DNA of 64,000 bases from the NCBI GenBank assembly GCA_002189035.1, contig NEEC01000013.1, positions 2,542,001-2,606,000 on the forward strand. The letters are read 5' to 3'. The stretch is from Utricularia gibba (Eukaryota > Plantae > Magnoliophyta). The notes beneath the pieces were generated by a model, which was not told the DNA's origin, ran no database searches, and saw only the letters and a list, made by a program, of their open reading frames with translations. Numbering within the stretch: position 1 is the stretch's first letter; each line of letters begins with the position of its first letter. The position numbers and the translations under genes were made by a program. Positions 49,735-61,581 of the stretch are shown here, piece by piece.

Positions 49735-52320
49735 ATGGCTGGTTATGGCCTTTTCTTTCTCTTCTCCATTCATGTGTTGTTGCTAACTCCGTCCATTGCC
49801 GACGACCCAACGGTTACTTACCAGTTTGTCGTCTCCTACATTACCGCTTCCCCTCTTGGAGTTCCTCAGCAGGTACGCTTCCTTTCTGCACTCCCTTGCG
49901 GCTGACTTCAGTTAATAGGGCTGTAAATTTTCAAAGCTCCAGTAGCAGATCTGTAAAGCTTCATAGACTTTTTAATGACAATGTGGCCTGAAGCCCTGGA
50001 GTCTGATAGCTGAATAGATTTGGAACTTTTCACTGTAACCTGAAAGATTTGTGCTTCTGAACTGCAGGTCATTGCTGTGAATGGGAAGTTTCCAGGTCCC
50101 ACAATCAATGTCACTACCAACAACTTTGTTGTGGTCAACGTGAGGAACAAATTAGATGAAGGGTTGTTGATCCACTGGTAAGATTGTTTACCCTTTTCGG
50201 TTGAACTCCAGTTGGTGCAGCTTTCTGATATTCTGAGTACTTGGAATGAATGGTTCATCAGGTCTGGCATACAACAGAGGCGAAGTTCCTGGCAGGACGG
50301 ACTTCTTGGAACCAACTGCCCCATCCCTTCAAGGTGGAACTGGACATATGAGTTTCAGGTCAAGGATCAGATTGGCAGCTTCTTCTACTTCCCTTCACTC
50401 AACTTCCAGAGAGCATCTGGAGGTTTTGGGAGCATCATTGTCAATAACCGGCCTATTATTCCGATCCCATTCGACACTCCGTATGGGGATATCACGATGG
50501 TGATAGGAGATTGGTATACTAGGAATCACACAGTAAGTACAGTAGCACCAGTATGAGTTCTGTTTATATCCCCTCTCAACTTCTGCTGCATTTGAATCTG
50601 TATCTTGATTCATAGGCTCTGAGGCGAACACTGGATGCTGGTAAAGGTCTGGGGATCCCTGATGGTGTCCTCATTAACGGGAAGGGGCCTTATAGATATA
50701 ATGATACACTTGTCCCGGATGGCATTGTCCATGAAACTATCACTGTGCATCCAGGTGAGCTCTCTGGGAACACTGACTCTTTCTGCTTTTGTTATCTCAT
50801 GTGATATTCAGTGTGCTGTGGTGGTGTTCAGGAAAGACGTACCGGCTGCGTGTCAGTAATGTCGGAATTTCAACTAGTTTAAACTTCAGAATCCAGAACC
50901 ATTACCTGATTCTGGCAGAAACTGAGGGCTCATATACAGTGCAGCAGAACTACACTAGCTTGGACATTCATGTTGGTCAGACATACTCATTCTTGGTTAC
51001 CATGGATCAAAATGCCAGCAGCGATTACTACATTGTCGCCAGCGCAAGGTTTGTTAATGAGACAACATGGAGAAGAGTGACAGGTGTAGCAATACTTCAT
51101 TATACCAACTCCAAGGGAAAAGCATCTGGCCCTCTCCCTGATGCTCCACAAGACCAGTTCGACAAGACCTATTCAATGAACCAGGCCAGATCCATCAGGT
51201 GTTTGTTCTTCACAGAGACATCAGTCCCAGAATGTTGAAGAAAATGTGTCTTCTAGTACACTTTCGTTGACATTGATTCTTGATCTTTTCCAGGTGGAAC
51301 GTGACGGCTAGCGGAGCTCGGCCGAATCCTCAAGGCTCATTCAGATATGGTTCGATCAATGTCACTGAGGTGTATGTGCTAAGAAACGAGCCCCCATCCC
51401 TGGTTAATGGGAAGCACAGAGCAACTCTTAGTGGTGTATCTTTTGTGAATCCTGCTACACCAATCAGACTTGCAGACTTTTACAAGGTGAAGGGAGTTTA
51501 CAAGCTGAACTTCCCAACTAGGCCTATCACTGGAACACCATTGGTGGGAACTTCGATCATCAATGGTACCTATAGAGGATTCATGGAAGTGATACTGCAG
51601 AATAATGAGACCAGAATTCGATCATACCACATGAGCGGATACGCTTTCTTCGTCGTCGGGTACTGTTGATATTCCTTCTTCCATAGTCTGGTACTAGAGT
51701 TCAAGCTTCAAATGCTTTCTGAAGTTGAATACATTGTGTATCTGCAGTATGGATTACGGTGAATGGAGCGAGAACAGCAGAGGTACATACAACAAATGGG
51801 ATGGCATTGCTAGAACCACCATCCAGGTACACAGCTGCAGATCGTCACTGAAAGAATGTAATTCAATGACTAAGTCATGGATGAAAACGAAGAGCTCATT
51901 GTTCTTTTTTTTGTCTTACAGGTTTATCCAGGGGCGTGGACGGCAATCTTGATTTCCCTAGACAATGTGGGAGTCTGGAACCTGAGAACTGAGAACCTCG
52001 ACTCATGGTACTTGGGACAGGAAACATACGTAAGAATCATCAACCCGGAGCCGAACAACAAAACAGAATTCCCAGTTCCAGACAATGCCTTGTTCTGTGG
52101 TGCACTAAGCAGATTACAGAAGTACCACCATCTTTCATTGCCTTTATATTTCTTCTTTCTTTGGACTCATACTCACTGCATCCATCTCTCTATGTTTATT
52201 CCATTTCCCAGGCCACAGCGCATCTCTTCTGCTGCTGCATCAGTAAAGGGCAATAGATGGCTGCTCGTGTTGATCTCCCTGGTTATCAACCTGCTTCTGC
52301 CGTCCATTTCCAAATGGTGA
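49735..52320 (+). CDS. SKU5: Monocopper oxidase-like, GPI-anchored SKU5/SKS protein, 9 exons
   Basis: Signal peptide, ASPLGVPQQ|VIAVNGKFPGP, QDGLLGTNCPIP, QVKDQIGSFFYFPS, YHMSGYAFFVVG, DNVGVWNLR, and a hydrophobic GPI-type tail. Confidence 0.95.
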
Positions 52321-52704
52321 TTTCATCGCTTCGTTTTCGGAGTTTGATCATATTCTTGTGTCTGAGGTGTGTGAAGTTATTGGAATTCATTTGTACCAAT
52401 GCCTGAAGTCTTTGGCTGTAGAAGGCAGCAGTGAGTTTAGGAACTTGTTAATGAAATGGGTCATTCTTTCATCACCTTCTTTAACTCACATTCTAATCTT
52501 GGCTGTTGGGGATTTTAGAACCCTTGTTTCTGCTGTGATGTCCCATTCCATAGTTCTTCAAGCATGTTGTTTCTTTCGTAAGTCGGGAACTGCTGATAGT
52601 CATACAGAGGCCAACTCTTCCTCGGCAATATCATCCTATGGATACTACAGGATCAATGCATACCTTCGCCTTCCCAGGCAAAGGGATGTCTGCAAGGGCC
52701 TTCT

Positions 52705-55203
52705 CTAGATGGAACATTCGTTATCTTGCAAGTGGCTCTCTGGATCACCACTGTTGCGTCCGCCCTTGTCCATTCCGGAACCCCTCTGTTCATCATTCAC
52801 GGGCTCGATGAAGGTGATGACACGGTCCCTCCTGAAAATGAGATAGGTCACAGAAAAGAGATAACCGGCCATCACAGGGAACACCACCATGGAGATGAGG
52901 ACATTCCAAACTTTGCGAAGCTTGTTGTGGATAAGCCACTGTACGAATCCGCTGCCCAGATAGTACACGTTGATCCCGATGATGCTCACTCCCAGAATCC
53001 AAGATACCACGATGATCTGCAAGTGTGTAAGATGACATACTGTAGTAATATCTGAATTTAGACAGTTGTCTGGCTTGAAGTTTGCGCTACATACATATGT
53101 GGAAGTCTTGTGAGGTCCCATTTTGGTGGCGCTACTGCTGAATTTCAGCAGCGGGATCAGACAGAATGGGAGTTCAAAGGAGAGTATCATCTGCAAGCAA
53201 TGTTGGAACATCAGTCAGGTGACTGTCAGAATATTATATATCTGCAAAATGTGCTGCGTTTGCAGACAAACCGATGCGATGATGATCAGCCTCCCTGCTC
53301 CGGCTGATCCTCCGATCAGTGAAACGACAAGACTCGGAGCGATGGCAATGGTTCTTGTCACCATGTTCCTAACCACCATTTTCATCTGCAGGTTGAGGAA
53401 GCCCTGCATCAGATTAAAAAAAATGTTCCTTCAATGATGAGTATTATTAACTGGGTTGATAAAGCGATGTTACTAGAGATAACCTGCATGATGAATTGCC
53501 CGGCGTACGTTCCGGTAATGGCGGAGCTCTGGCCGGAGGCGAGCAATGCGATGCCGTAGACAATAGAGCTGGATCTCCCAAGAACATTCTATCTCAAGAC
53601 ACGTGAACGAATTGATGAGCAACCATTCCATGAGAAACTATATTGCATTTGATACAAACCTGGAGCAGGAAAGAGGCCGAGTTCAGCGACAAATCACTGC
53701 AACGTTCAGCATTCTCAGGCGAGATATTATCAGCGGAGCAAACGGTTCCAGAGACAGACACGATGGAAACATTTATCAGAAATGCGACGAACAATGCAAA
53801 TCCACTCTCAAGTAGGAAGTATCTACATGCATCCTAGAAACAGGAACAAGATGAAATCAAACAATCAGTAGCGGCAATTCACCTCTGAATCGTCGAGTTC
53901 ACGTACATTTATTCCGGAGACGGATCTAGGGATCTCTCGAGTGAGCACCAGAGCCGAGTGAAGAAACAAATTGTGGCTAACCGAAGAAGCAAAATCCAGT
54001 GAAAATGGAAACGTACACACTGTTTAGATTGGAGGGGAAAGTAGAAACATACGGCATAACCAGAGCTCCGAGGAGAGCGATGGCGGTTCCAACAGCGCCG
54101 TTGCCATGGAGTTTCGGGACGAAGATTCCTTTGAGTACTTCTTTCACCGGCGGTTTAATGAATCCCATCTCCACAAAGAAACAAGCCGCCATGACGAAGA
54201 TGAATGTCGAGATCAAGTGCTCCAGTTTCCGAATCTGCGAATCCAAGTCAAATGAAATCATCCCCATTTTGACGAATAACAACAGATTTTGTGAAAGATC
54301 TTACGCCGTATCGTTGCAGGCTGAGCAAAAGGAGAGTGCTGCATCCCGTACAAAGCACTCCAGCCCACACGGGGACGCGAAACAGAATATTCAAAGCGAA
54401 CGCAGTTCCAATGACTAACAAAATCAGAAACCAAAATGATTGAATACGAAATGCATTAGATTATTGAGAAAAGAACTCAACTCCGGTACACCTTCGGGTA
54501 TATCGGCGGCGATCACAGCAAGCTCCGCCACAATCCAGAGGCAGAAATTCACGACTCTCGGATACTCCGCCCGGCAATGCTCCGACAGGTGCTTCCCTAA
54601 CAATCAATCCATGAAGCCAAATCACACGACGTGAAGCTCGAACTCACAAGGATTCAATATGTTTTTAACATTTTTGAATAGATTATCAGTACGGGTGCAG
54701 ACTGCAAGGTTGGCCGCTAGCGATTGAATTATCAACGCGAAAACCAAGCCGACGAGAATCACCCACAGCAACTGCAATCCAAACAAGACACGAGTCTCAG
54801 TACAAAAAAAAACAGAACAAGAAACAAGACTCGAGACTCACTCTGTATCGAAGCGAAGCTCCAGCCTGCAAATCGGTTTCCACTGTCAAAGAGACGACGC
54901 ACAGAACAGTAGCACGTGTCAGCCATGCAGATAATACAAAAGATGGTGAATCGTTTGCAGCCTCGAAAACCAGCCAAACTTATGATATCTACAGCGGAGA
55001 AAGGCGACTTACTGTTTCCGGGGTCCAGGTAAGCCAGCGACACTAGGAACCCAGGCCCAACGTAGGAGAGGAAGTTTCTCCACCCTGCAAGCTTTTTCTA
55101 ATTTTTGCAATTAGAACAAGTTAAAAAAAGGCGGCGTTCGATAGAGATGTCAGCAGTTCGGAAACCGTACCCTTCCGACGGCGGGCGTCGGCTCCACCGC
55201 CAT
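52705..55203 (-). CDS. NRAMP: NRAMP divalent metal transporter (NRAMP1/5/6 clade), about 13 exons
   Basis: [22 protein letters not shown]|[29 protein letters not shown] and MILSFELPF. Confidence 0.93.
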
Positions 55204-56073
55204 AGCCGGTGTTATGTGTTGTGTGTGTTTCGGTTTGGATTTATTCATTTAGAGTGCAGTAAATGCATTACTTATTTCATACAATTGTTTGATAATAATT
55301 ATTAAATAAATCAATTCTATTTAAAATTATGTTTATTTTCAAACAAATGTTTTAAAATATTTATTACTTTCAAGAAGAAATTGATATCTTAAGAAAGAAA
55401 ATAGATCCTTTTTTGAATTCTTTATGATTTTGCACTTAATGTTTTAAAAATTTTTGACTCATGAATTATTCATTAAAATGATTTAATTAAATTCAAATAA
55501 ATTTAAAATATAATAAAATTAATCATGATTCAATCATAATTTAATTATATTTTGATATTTACACAGCATTCGTCGTCAGTCGTCACCATCCTCTTGGGCT
55601 CCCCTCAAAGCAGTCGGAAAATACAGACAACAGCAGGCAGCAGCATCCATGGAATGGCATTTGAGTTGATCTTCTTCAGAGGAGTTGAATATCCCGCCGA
55701 CTCCTCCTACCACTGCGTGATCGCATCTCGCATCGCATGTAGCCTAGCGTAGGCAACCCCCCATGGTCGATGTCGATTCCTCAGATGCATTCATGATGAC
55801 AGCAGCTGTCTCTCTGTCTCTCCCTCCTCCAAAAGGACTTGGAACTGGGTGCACTTAATGACTTTGCTGCTTGCTTGCTCTTTCTTTAACACAGTCGCCC
55901 ACGTGTTCCGCTGCGCTGCCAACAAAGAAGAAGAACGGAAGGAAGAAAGAAGATCCACTTCAAATTTCGAATTCAAATTCCTCCATTTCTTTCTTTCTTG
56001 AAAGAGAGGTTGCTGCGGGCAACTGGGTCCCGCATCGTACGGTCTACAGTGGGACCACTGCACGCTCCCTACA

Positions 56074-56100
56074 ACTAACGGGTAGCATGATCCAACGGCG
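56074..56100 (+). promoter_or_regulatory. Two MSA-like elements (actAACGGgt, tccAACGGcg) upstream of cyclin A1
   Basis: AACGG cores at 56077-56081 and 56094-56098, about 210-230 nt before the ATG. MSA elements are known MYB3R sites of G2/M genes. Confidence 0.65.
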
Positions 56101-56306
56101 GAGAGTCCATCCATTTCAAATCCTTGTTTTCCCCGCTCTTGGAGAAGCCAACTAGTACTAGTATAATGCCCCCCCACCCTCCCCGCCTGCCTTCTTCGCC
56201 GGAGCGTAGCTTAACTGATTTTGTGACGCTCCGTTTCTTCCTTCGATTCCACTCTATCGTCGTCGTTTTTTTTTTCTTCTGATTTTGGGGAGTCTGCTGG
56301 GCGATA

Positions 56307-59118
56307 ATGGCGAGTAGACGCTCTACGACGTCGTCTTTGGCGAAGCGTCATGCCTCTGCATCGGAGAATCCTTGCAAGGCCGTTGCGCCGGGGGAGCTCT
56401 GAAAAAGCGCCCGGCGCTTGCGAATATTACGAATAACCGGCAGCCGTCTGCTACGGCGGCTGGATTTGTACCCGATACATCTAAAATCGTACGTCTGACT
56501 TCTCGCTCCATGTTTTTTTCGCCTTTTGTGATTCCTTAAAGATGCTTATAGGGTTTCGCCTAGTACGTATCCAATGGTGTTTGATTCAGGAAAGTATGTT
56601 AAGGACGGTTGGGTGATGATGCAGCATTTTTACGTCATTGGGGTGGTTTCCCCCGGTTCTTGATTTGTTTGTGTTGATGTGCGTCTGAGAAATGCGCAAA
56701 ATCATCAGGTGGCTGTGAATTCTGAGTAGTGCTCTGAATTCTGACTAGTGAACTGACTTATCCTCCATGTGTTTCCGCAATGTATTGCTTAGGAAACTGA
56801 CAAGCTTTTTTGTCTGCAATTTTGAAGCAGGCACCATGTTCTAGCAAAATTTTGACCATCCAGAAGGCTCCTTCATCTTCATCAAATCCCAGTTCATCGG
56901 CAGTAGCTATTCCGCTCTCTAATTGCGCTGGGAAACCTGCAGTATCTGTTATCCCTAAAGCCACTTCTCTTCCAAGAAGTGATGCAGTTATCCCCAACAT
57001 TGGTGTTACGGCCAGTTCGTGCGGAGTGGAGGTATCACTCAATAGTTCAGATTCTTTCTCCAGTTCCATGGATGAATCAACATCCAGTTGTGATTCATTA
57101 AGGAGCCCAGATATTGAATATATGGATAGTCGACAAAATGAAGCAGTTGATTTTATAGAGCAGAAGACATCTTGCATGCTTAGTATTTCAGAAAATTTGG
57201 AAACTCCTGCAGGTTCTGCGTGCACCTTAGTATTTTAAAGCTTACATTTGGACAAGATTGCATTATAAACTCTTTAATGTATGCAGGAAACTTGTGCAGG
57301 CGTGACGTATATGCTTCCGGAGAATCATGCGACCAGATTGTTTGCGTTGACGACAACCTGGATGACCCACAGTTGTGTGCAGCTATCGCTTGTGACATTT
57401 ATAAGCACCTGAGGGCATCAGAGGTAATGTTCTGTTTCTAAATCAATGCAAATTGATTTTTTCTCCTAGTATTCTGATGGGGCTGCCTGTACACGTTTTA
57501 GTGATTCCTTTCACTACGTTCCTCAGGCTAAAAAACGTCCCGCTACCAATTTCATGGAGAGGATCCAAAAAGACATCAACGCGAGCATGCGAGGCATCCT
57601 TGTTGACTGGCTTGTGGAGGTGAGCATTTCTCTGGAGATTTATTGAATTCTACTCTTTTATGAACTCCCCCATCTGCTCATGTAGCATTTGCTATTTTGC
57701 TTGAGGCCCTGAAGAGATCTTATTTGCACTGTTTGTTTCACCAGGTAGCTGAGGAATACAGACTGGTTCCCGATACCTTGTATTTGACAGTGAACTACAT
57801 CGATCGCTATCTCTCTGGAAATGCTATGGATAGGCAAAGGTTGCAATTGCTTGGTGTGGCTTGCATGATGATTGCAGCGTAAGATTCGTCCGTTTTGTTA
57901 CTCTGCTTGATAACTTGTTGATCCTGGTTACTACTACTATGATAACTTGAATTCCATAGTCTAATTTATATGAACTTTCAGAAAATATGAAGAGATATGC
58001 GCGCCTCAAGTGGAAGAGTTTTGTTATATAACAGATAATACGTACTTCAAGGACGAGGTGAATTTCTCTCTCCCCCTCGCGGGTTTAACCTTATTTTGAA
58101 TTGTAATGCCCATTTATTATGCATATGATGGATCGGGGTCCCGCAGGGTAGCCTTTCGCTTTCCCTTGCCTAGAGGTCTTCTTCTTTTAACGTTTTTCTA
58201 CCAACATCAATTGTTGAAGTTTCAATCGATACTTTTAAGGTTGCTTTTTTTCAATCCATGGTTTTAGTTATTGATTCTGGAAGCAATAACAGCAGTCACA
58301 ATTAATGTTGAATTTACCAGGTTTTGCAAATGGAGTCTAGTGTTCTGAACTACCTGAAATTTGAAATGACAGCTCCAACAACTAAATGCTTCTTGAGGTA
58401 GTGTCTGTGCTCAATCCTTTTCTGATCTCCTCAATGACAAAAATTAATGACTAGTTATCTTCGTGTCAACGGTTTCTAGGCGGTTTGTTCGTGCAGCACA
58501 AGGTGTCGATGAGGTATGTTAGTTCCTCCTGACTTCTTCTTGAAAATAAATTACGTATCTTCATTGATACTGAACGTGCATTCGGTTCCCTATTGATATT
58601 GAAGACTCCATCGTTGCTGCTGGAGTGCCTAGCAAACTACGTCGCCGAGCTTTCGCTGTTGGAGTACAGCATGCTGCGATTTGTACCTTCGTTGATAGCG
58701 GCCTCGTCAATCTTCCTGGCCAGATTCATTCTTCTTCCTTCTAAGAGACCATGGGTAGGCATTCGCGTGGTCTACATTGATTTCCCAGAAATTTTTCCTC
58801 ACGCTGGGTTTAATGCATTTCAGAACCCCACCCTGAGCCATTATACTCTCTACAAGCCTCATGACTTGCGGGACTGCGCTTCGGCATTGCACGGGCTCGT
58901 CTGCAACAACCACAACTCAACTCTACCCGCCATTCGGGAGAAATACAGCCAGCATAAGGTGAGCGCAGCACCCTGAATATTGCTCACTTGCCCATCATTT
59001 CATACTCCAAACTGACAAATTGCTCTCCCTTTTTGTCCCGAACCAGTACAAGTTTGTTGCAAAGAAGTACTGCCCTCCCTCCATTCCTCAAGAATATTTC
59101 ATCAACGAAGACAACTAA
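56307..59118 (+). CDS. CYCA1: A1-type cyclin, 11 exons, apparent 1-nt deletion at 56390-56394
   Basis: D-box KRPALANITN (in frame after restoring a G), cyclin box MRGILVDWLVE|VAEEYRLVPDTLYLTVNYIDRYLS, LQLLGVACMMIAA|KYEEI, and AIREKYSQHK|YKFVAKK. Confidence 0.95.
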
Positions 59119-59250
59119 TCGCAGCAGCAGCAGCATAGCTTCCACCTTCTGGTGATTGACGACATGCTCAAGGAACCAAAATCAGCCCCCTCAAGTTGAT
59201 TGCAGATTCCTTTTCAGCTTCCATTGGATATTTCATAACACCATTAGATG

Positions 59251-61347
59251 TTACATGAGTAAGTCCCTCCTACCACCACTATTATTCAGCATGGACATAG
59301 CACATGGTAAAGGCTTCTCAAAGCCACACATCTCCGAACCGACCAGGCTGTTTCTTGAACTCAGCCAATGGCAGTCATCGAACGAACATCTTGAACCACC
59401 GGTGATCCTCTCAACGTCAGCATGATCCGTAAACACAGGGCCCCAGGATGGAGTCCCATCCTCATATGCATTGTGTGTCAGTCTCTGTATCCCCGATCCG
59501 TCCGACTTGATCACGAATATGTCTCCGTAGGGCTGCCAGCTATGGGGGCTGGAGATCGGCTCAGCCGAGACCGCGGCGTAATCCGAAGTCACAACAATGT
59601 GCTCACCATCAGGGCTGAACCATGGATGGTTCACCCTCCCGCCTTCACCACTCTGGAGCAACTTCTGGAGTCCCGTGCCGTTGGGGTGCACCTTGTACAG
59701 CTCGAAGCTGCCGGACCTCGGGTTCCTCCGGTCGGAGGACAATGCGATCCATTCCCCGTCCGGCGACCAATTACACATGGTGTCCGTCCATGGACCATCA
59801 GTCAACTGATAGAGGCCACCTTCTTCACCTTCCAAGGCGTCCATGATGTATAAGTTCTTGTGCCCCGATCGACTGGATCGGAAGACGACCCTCTTTCCGT
59901 CCGGTGACGGCGACGGGAAGGCGTTGTTTGCCCCGCCTTGGGTTAACACGTTGTAAGTGGGTTCTTCTTCATCGTCCACATTGATGGATATGATGTCGAC
60001 ATTTGTGCTCACACCAGCGAATGTTGGTCCCATACTCGTGTAAACTACTCCCTTTCTCTTCCAATCCCACGCTGTTGTAAAGGCTTGCTGATCCAGAATT
60101 TTTCTGAGATTTGATCCATCGCTGTTGCTGACATACAGACCGGAGTTCACGAAGGCGATGCGGCGGCCATCCGGCGAGTAGGATGGGAAGGATCCATCGA
60201 CTCGGAGGAGCGAGGTGTTGGGAAGCGGGCTTCGAATGTTCTCGAGTAGAAGATTGTTGTCGTTTTCAGAACCTCTGCAGCGGTGGAAGCCGATCCATTC
60301 AGAATCCGGTGAGATAAACGGGTTGTAGTGATGGGTTTGCGGTGAGATTGGCCGCGTGACCTCGATGAATTTGTTTGACACAATGTCGTAGATCTCTATG
60401 TGGCGAAATTCCGATTCGGGTCTTCTTGTGGCGACGGCGAGGATGCTCTGATTGGAAACAAAGGCCGCTGGAGTGAAGGCGTGAACTCCCGGTGGGGTAA
60501 TACGGCGAATCACCGTTGATTCGGCGTCTGCGAAGTCAGCCCGGAAAACACTCCACCACCCATCTTCACATTTCCGGTGGAAATACAAGGCGGTGTCGTT
60601 AATCCAGCTCGGCCAACCTCCATGATCAACGAGCTTCACTCGTTTTGAGCCGTCTTCAGTAGAGAAAACATAGATATCGGTTTTGAGCTCCTGCACATCT
60701 CCGGGCCAATTCCGCGACCCATACGACGCCACAGCAGTCAACTCTCCGGAGGGAGAGACGGCGGGGCTAAAATCCGCCACTTTCTTCGGCGTCAGCCTCC
60801 TCGTCGCACCAGTTATCAGATTTATGGAATAAACCGCCGCCCAGCTCCGCCGCGGGAAACCAGGGTTCTCGTCGGTAGATACGTAGATCAGATTTTCTCC
60901 CAACAAACTCGGTTTGTCCTTCATCGAACCCCGCCCGTCCGATACTAAAGAAATCTGCACACGCGCCGCGAATTCGCTCCGAGTTTCGAGAACGCTTCTC
61001 GACGATCCCATCCCTTTACCACTGCTATACAGGTCGTCAAGGTAGATACCCCATGACCCATTTCGTTCAGAGACGTACAAGAAACGGGTCGCAGGGTCGG
61101 GCCCCGTGGAAGGGATGACGGAGAGCGATGATTGCCGAGGGAAATATCCGTTATAGTTAACGGACTTGCCGTCAGAGAGACGTAGTTCTTTGATGCCACC
61201 GCCGCCGCCGGCCGCCGGGACGGCGTAGATGTCAAAAGCGTAGTTTGCTCTTCCGACGGAGGAGAATGCTATGGTGGTGGCGCCGGTAACAGACGGTGAG
61301 GAGGATGAGAATGTGAAGAGGATCAGGAGCAAAATCATCGACTCCAT
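59251..61347 (-). CDS. Secreted TolB/DPP6-N-like beta-propeller (PD40 repeats), intronless, about 698 aa (At1g21670/At1g21680 type)
   Basis: Signal peptide MESMILLLILF and repeated motifs DFSPAVSPSG, PFISPDSEW, PSYSPDGRR, FPSPSPDGKR, NWSPDGEW and PWFSPDGEH. The first ATG is at 61347; the ORF track starts at an upstream TTG. Confidence 0.9.
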   Translation of the reverse strand: MESMILLLILFTFSSSSPSVTGATTIAFSSVGRANYAFDIYAVPAAGGGGGIKELRLSDGKSVNYNGYFPRQSSLSVIPSTGPDPATRFLYVSERNGSWGIYLDDLYSSGKGMGSSRSVLETRSEFAARVQISLVSDGRGSMKDKPSLLGENLIYVSTDENPGFPRRSWAAVYSINLITGATRRLTPKKVADFSPAVSPSGELTAVASYGSRNWPGDVQELKTDIYVFSTEDGSKRVKLVDHGGWPSWINDTALYFHRKCEDGWWSVFRADFADAESTVIRRITPPGVHAFTPAAFVSNQSILAVATRRPESEFRHIEIYDIVSNKFIEVTRPISPQTHHYNPFISPDSEWIGFHRCRGSENDNNLLLENIRSPLPNTSLLRVDGSFPSYSPDGRRIAFVNSGLYVSNSDGSNLRKILDQQAFTTAWDWKRKGVVYTSMGPTFAGVSTNVDIISINVDDEEEPTYNVLTQGGANNAFPSPSPDGKRVVFRSSRSGHKNLYIMDALEGEEGGLYQLTDGPWTDTMCNWSPDGEWIALSSDRRNPRSGSFELYKVHPNGTGLQKLLQSGEGGRVNHPWFSPDGEHIVVTSDYAAVSAEPISSPHSWQPYGDIFVIKSDGSGIQRLTHNAYEDGTPSWGPVFTDHADVERITGGSRCSFDDCHWLSSRNSLVGSEMCGFEKPLPCAMSMLNNSGGRRDLLM

Positions 61348-61581
61348 TTTCTGAGCCGGTCTGCGGTTATGTTCCAAGTTAGTGCCTATCTATGTGAGGA
61401 GTGGTGGGCCCCCCATTAAGATTATTACAATAATATATTATTCTTAATTAAAAACAAAATCCCTTCCAAAATTAATTATATTCATCAAATATTTGACCTT
61501 TAATTGATTGGGTTTTTATTTGTTTATTATTATTTTTTTGTGAGAGCTGGCTGCCCCTCACAAGGAACGCCTCCTGCGAAC

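Noticed and set aside
59422-59853. 143-aa plus-strand ORF
   Set aside because: Antisense shadow of the GC-rich TolB-like CDS.
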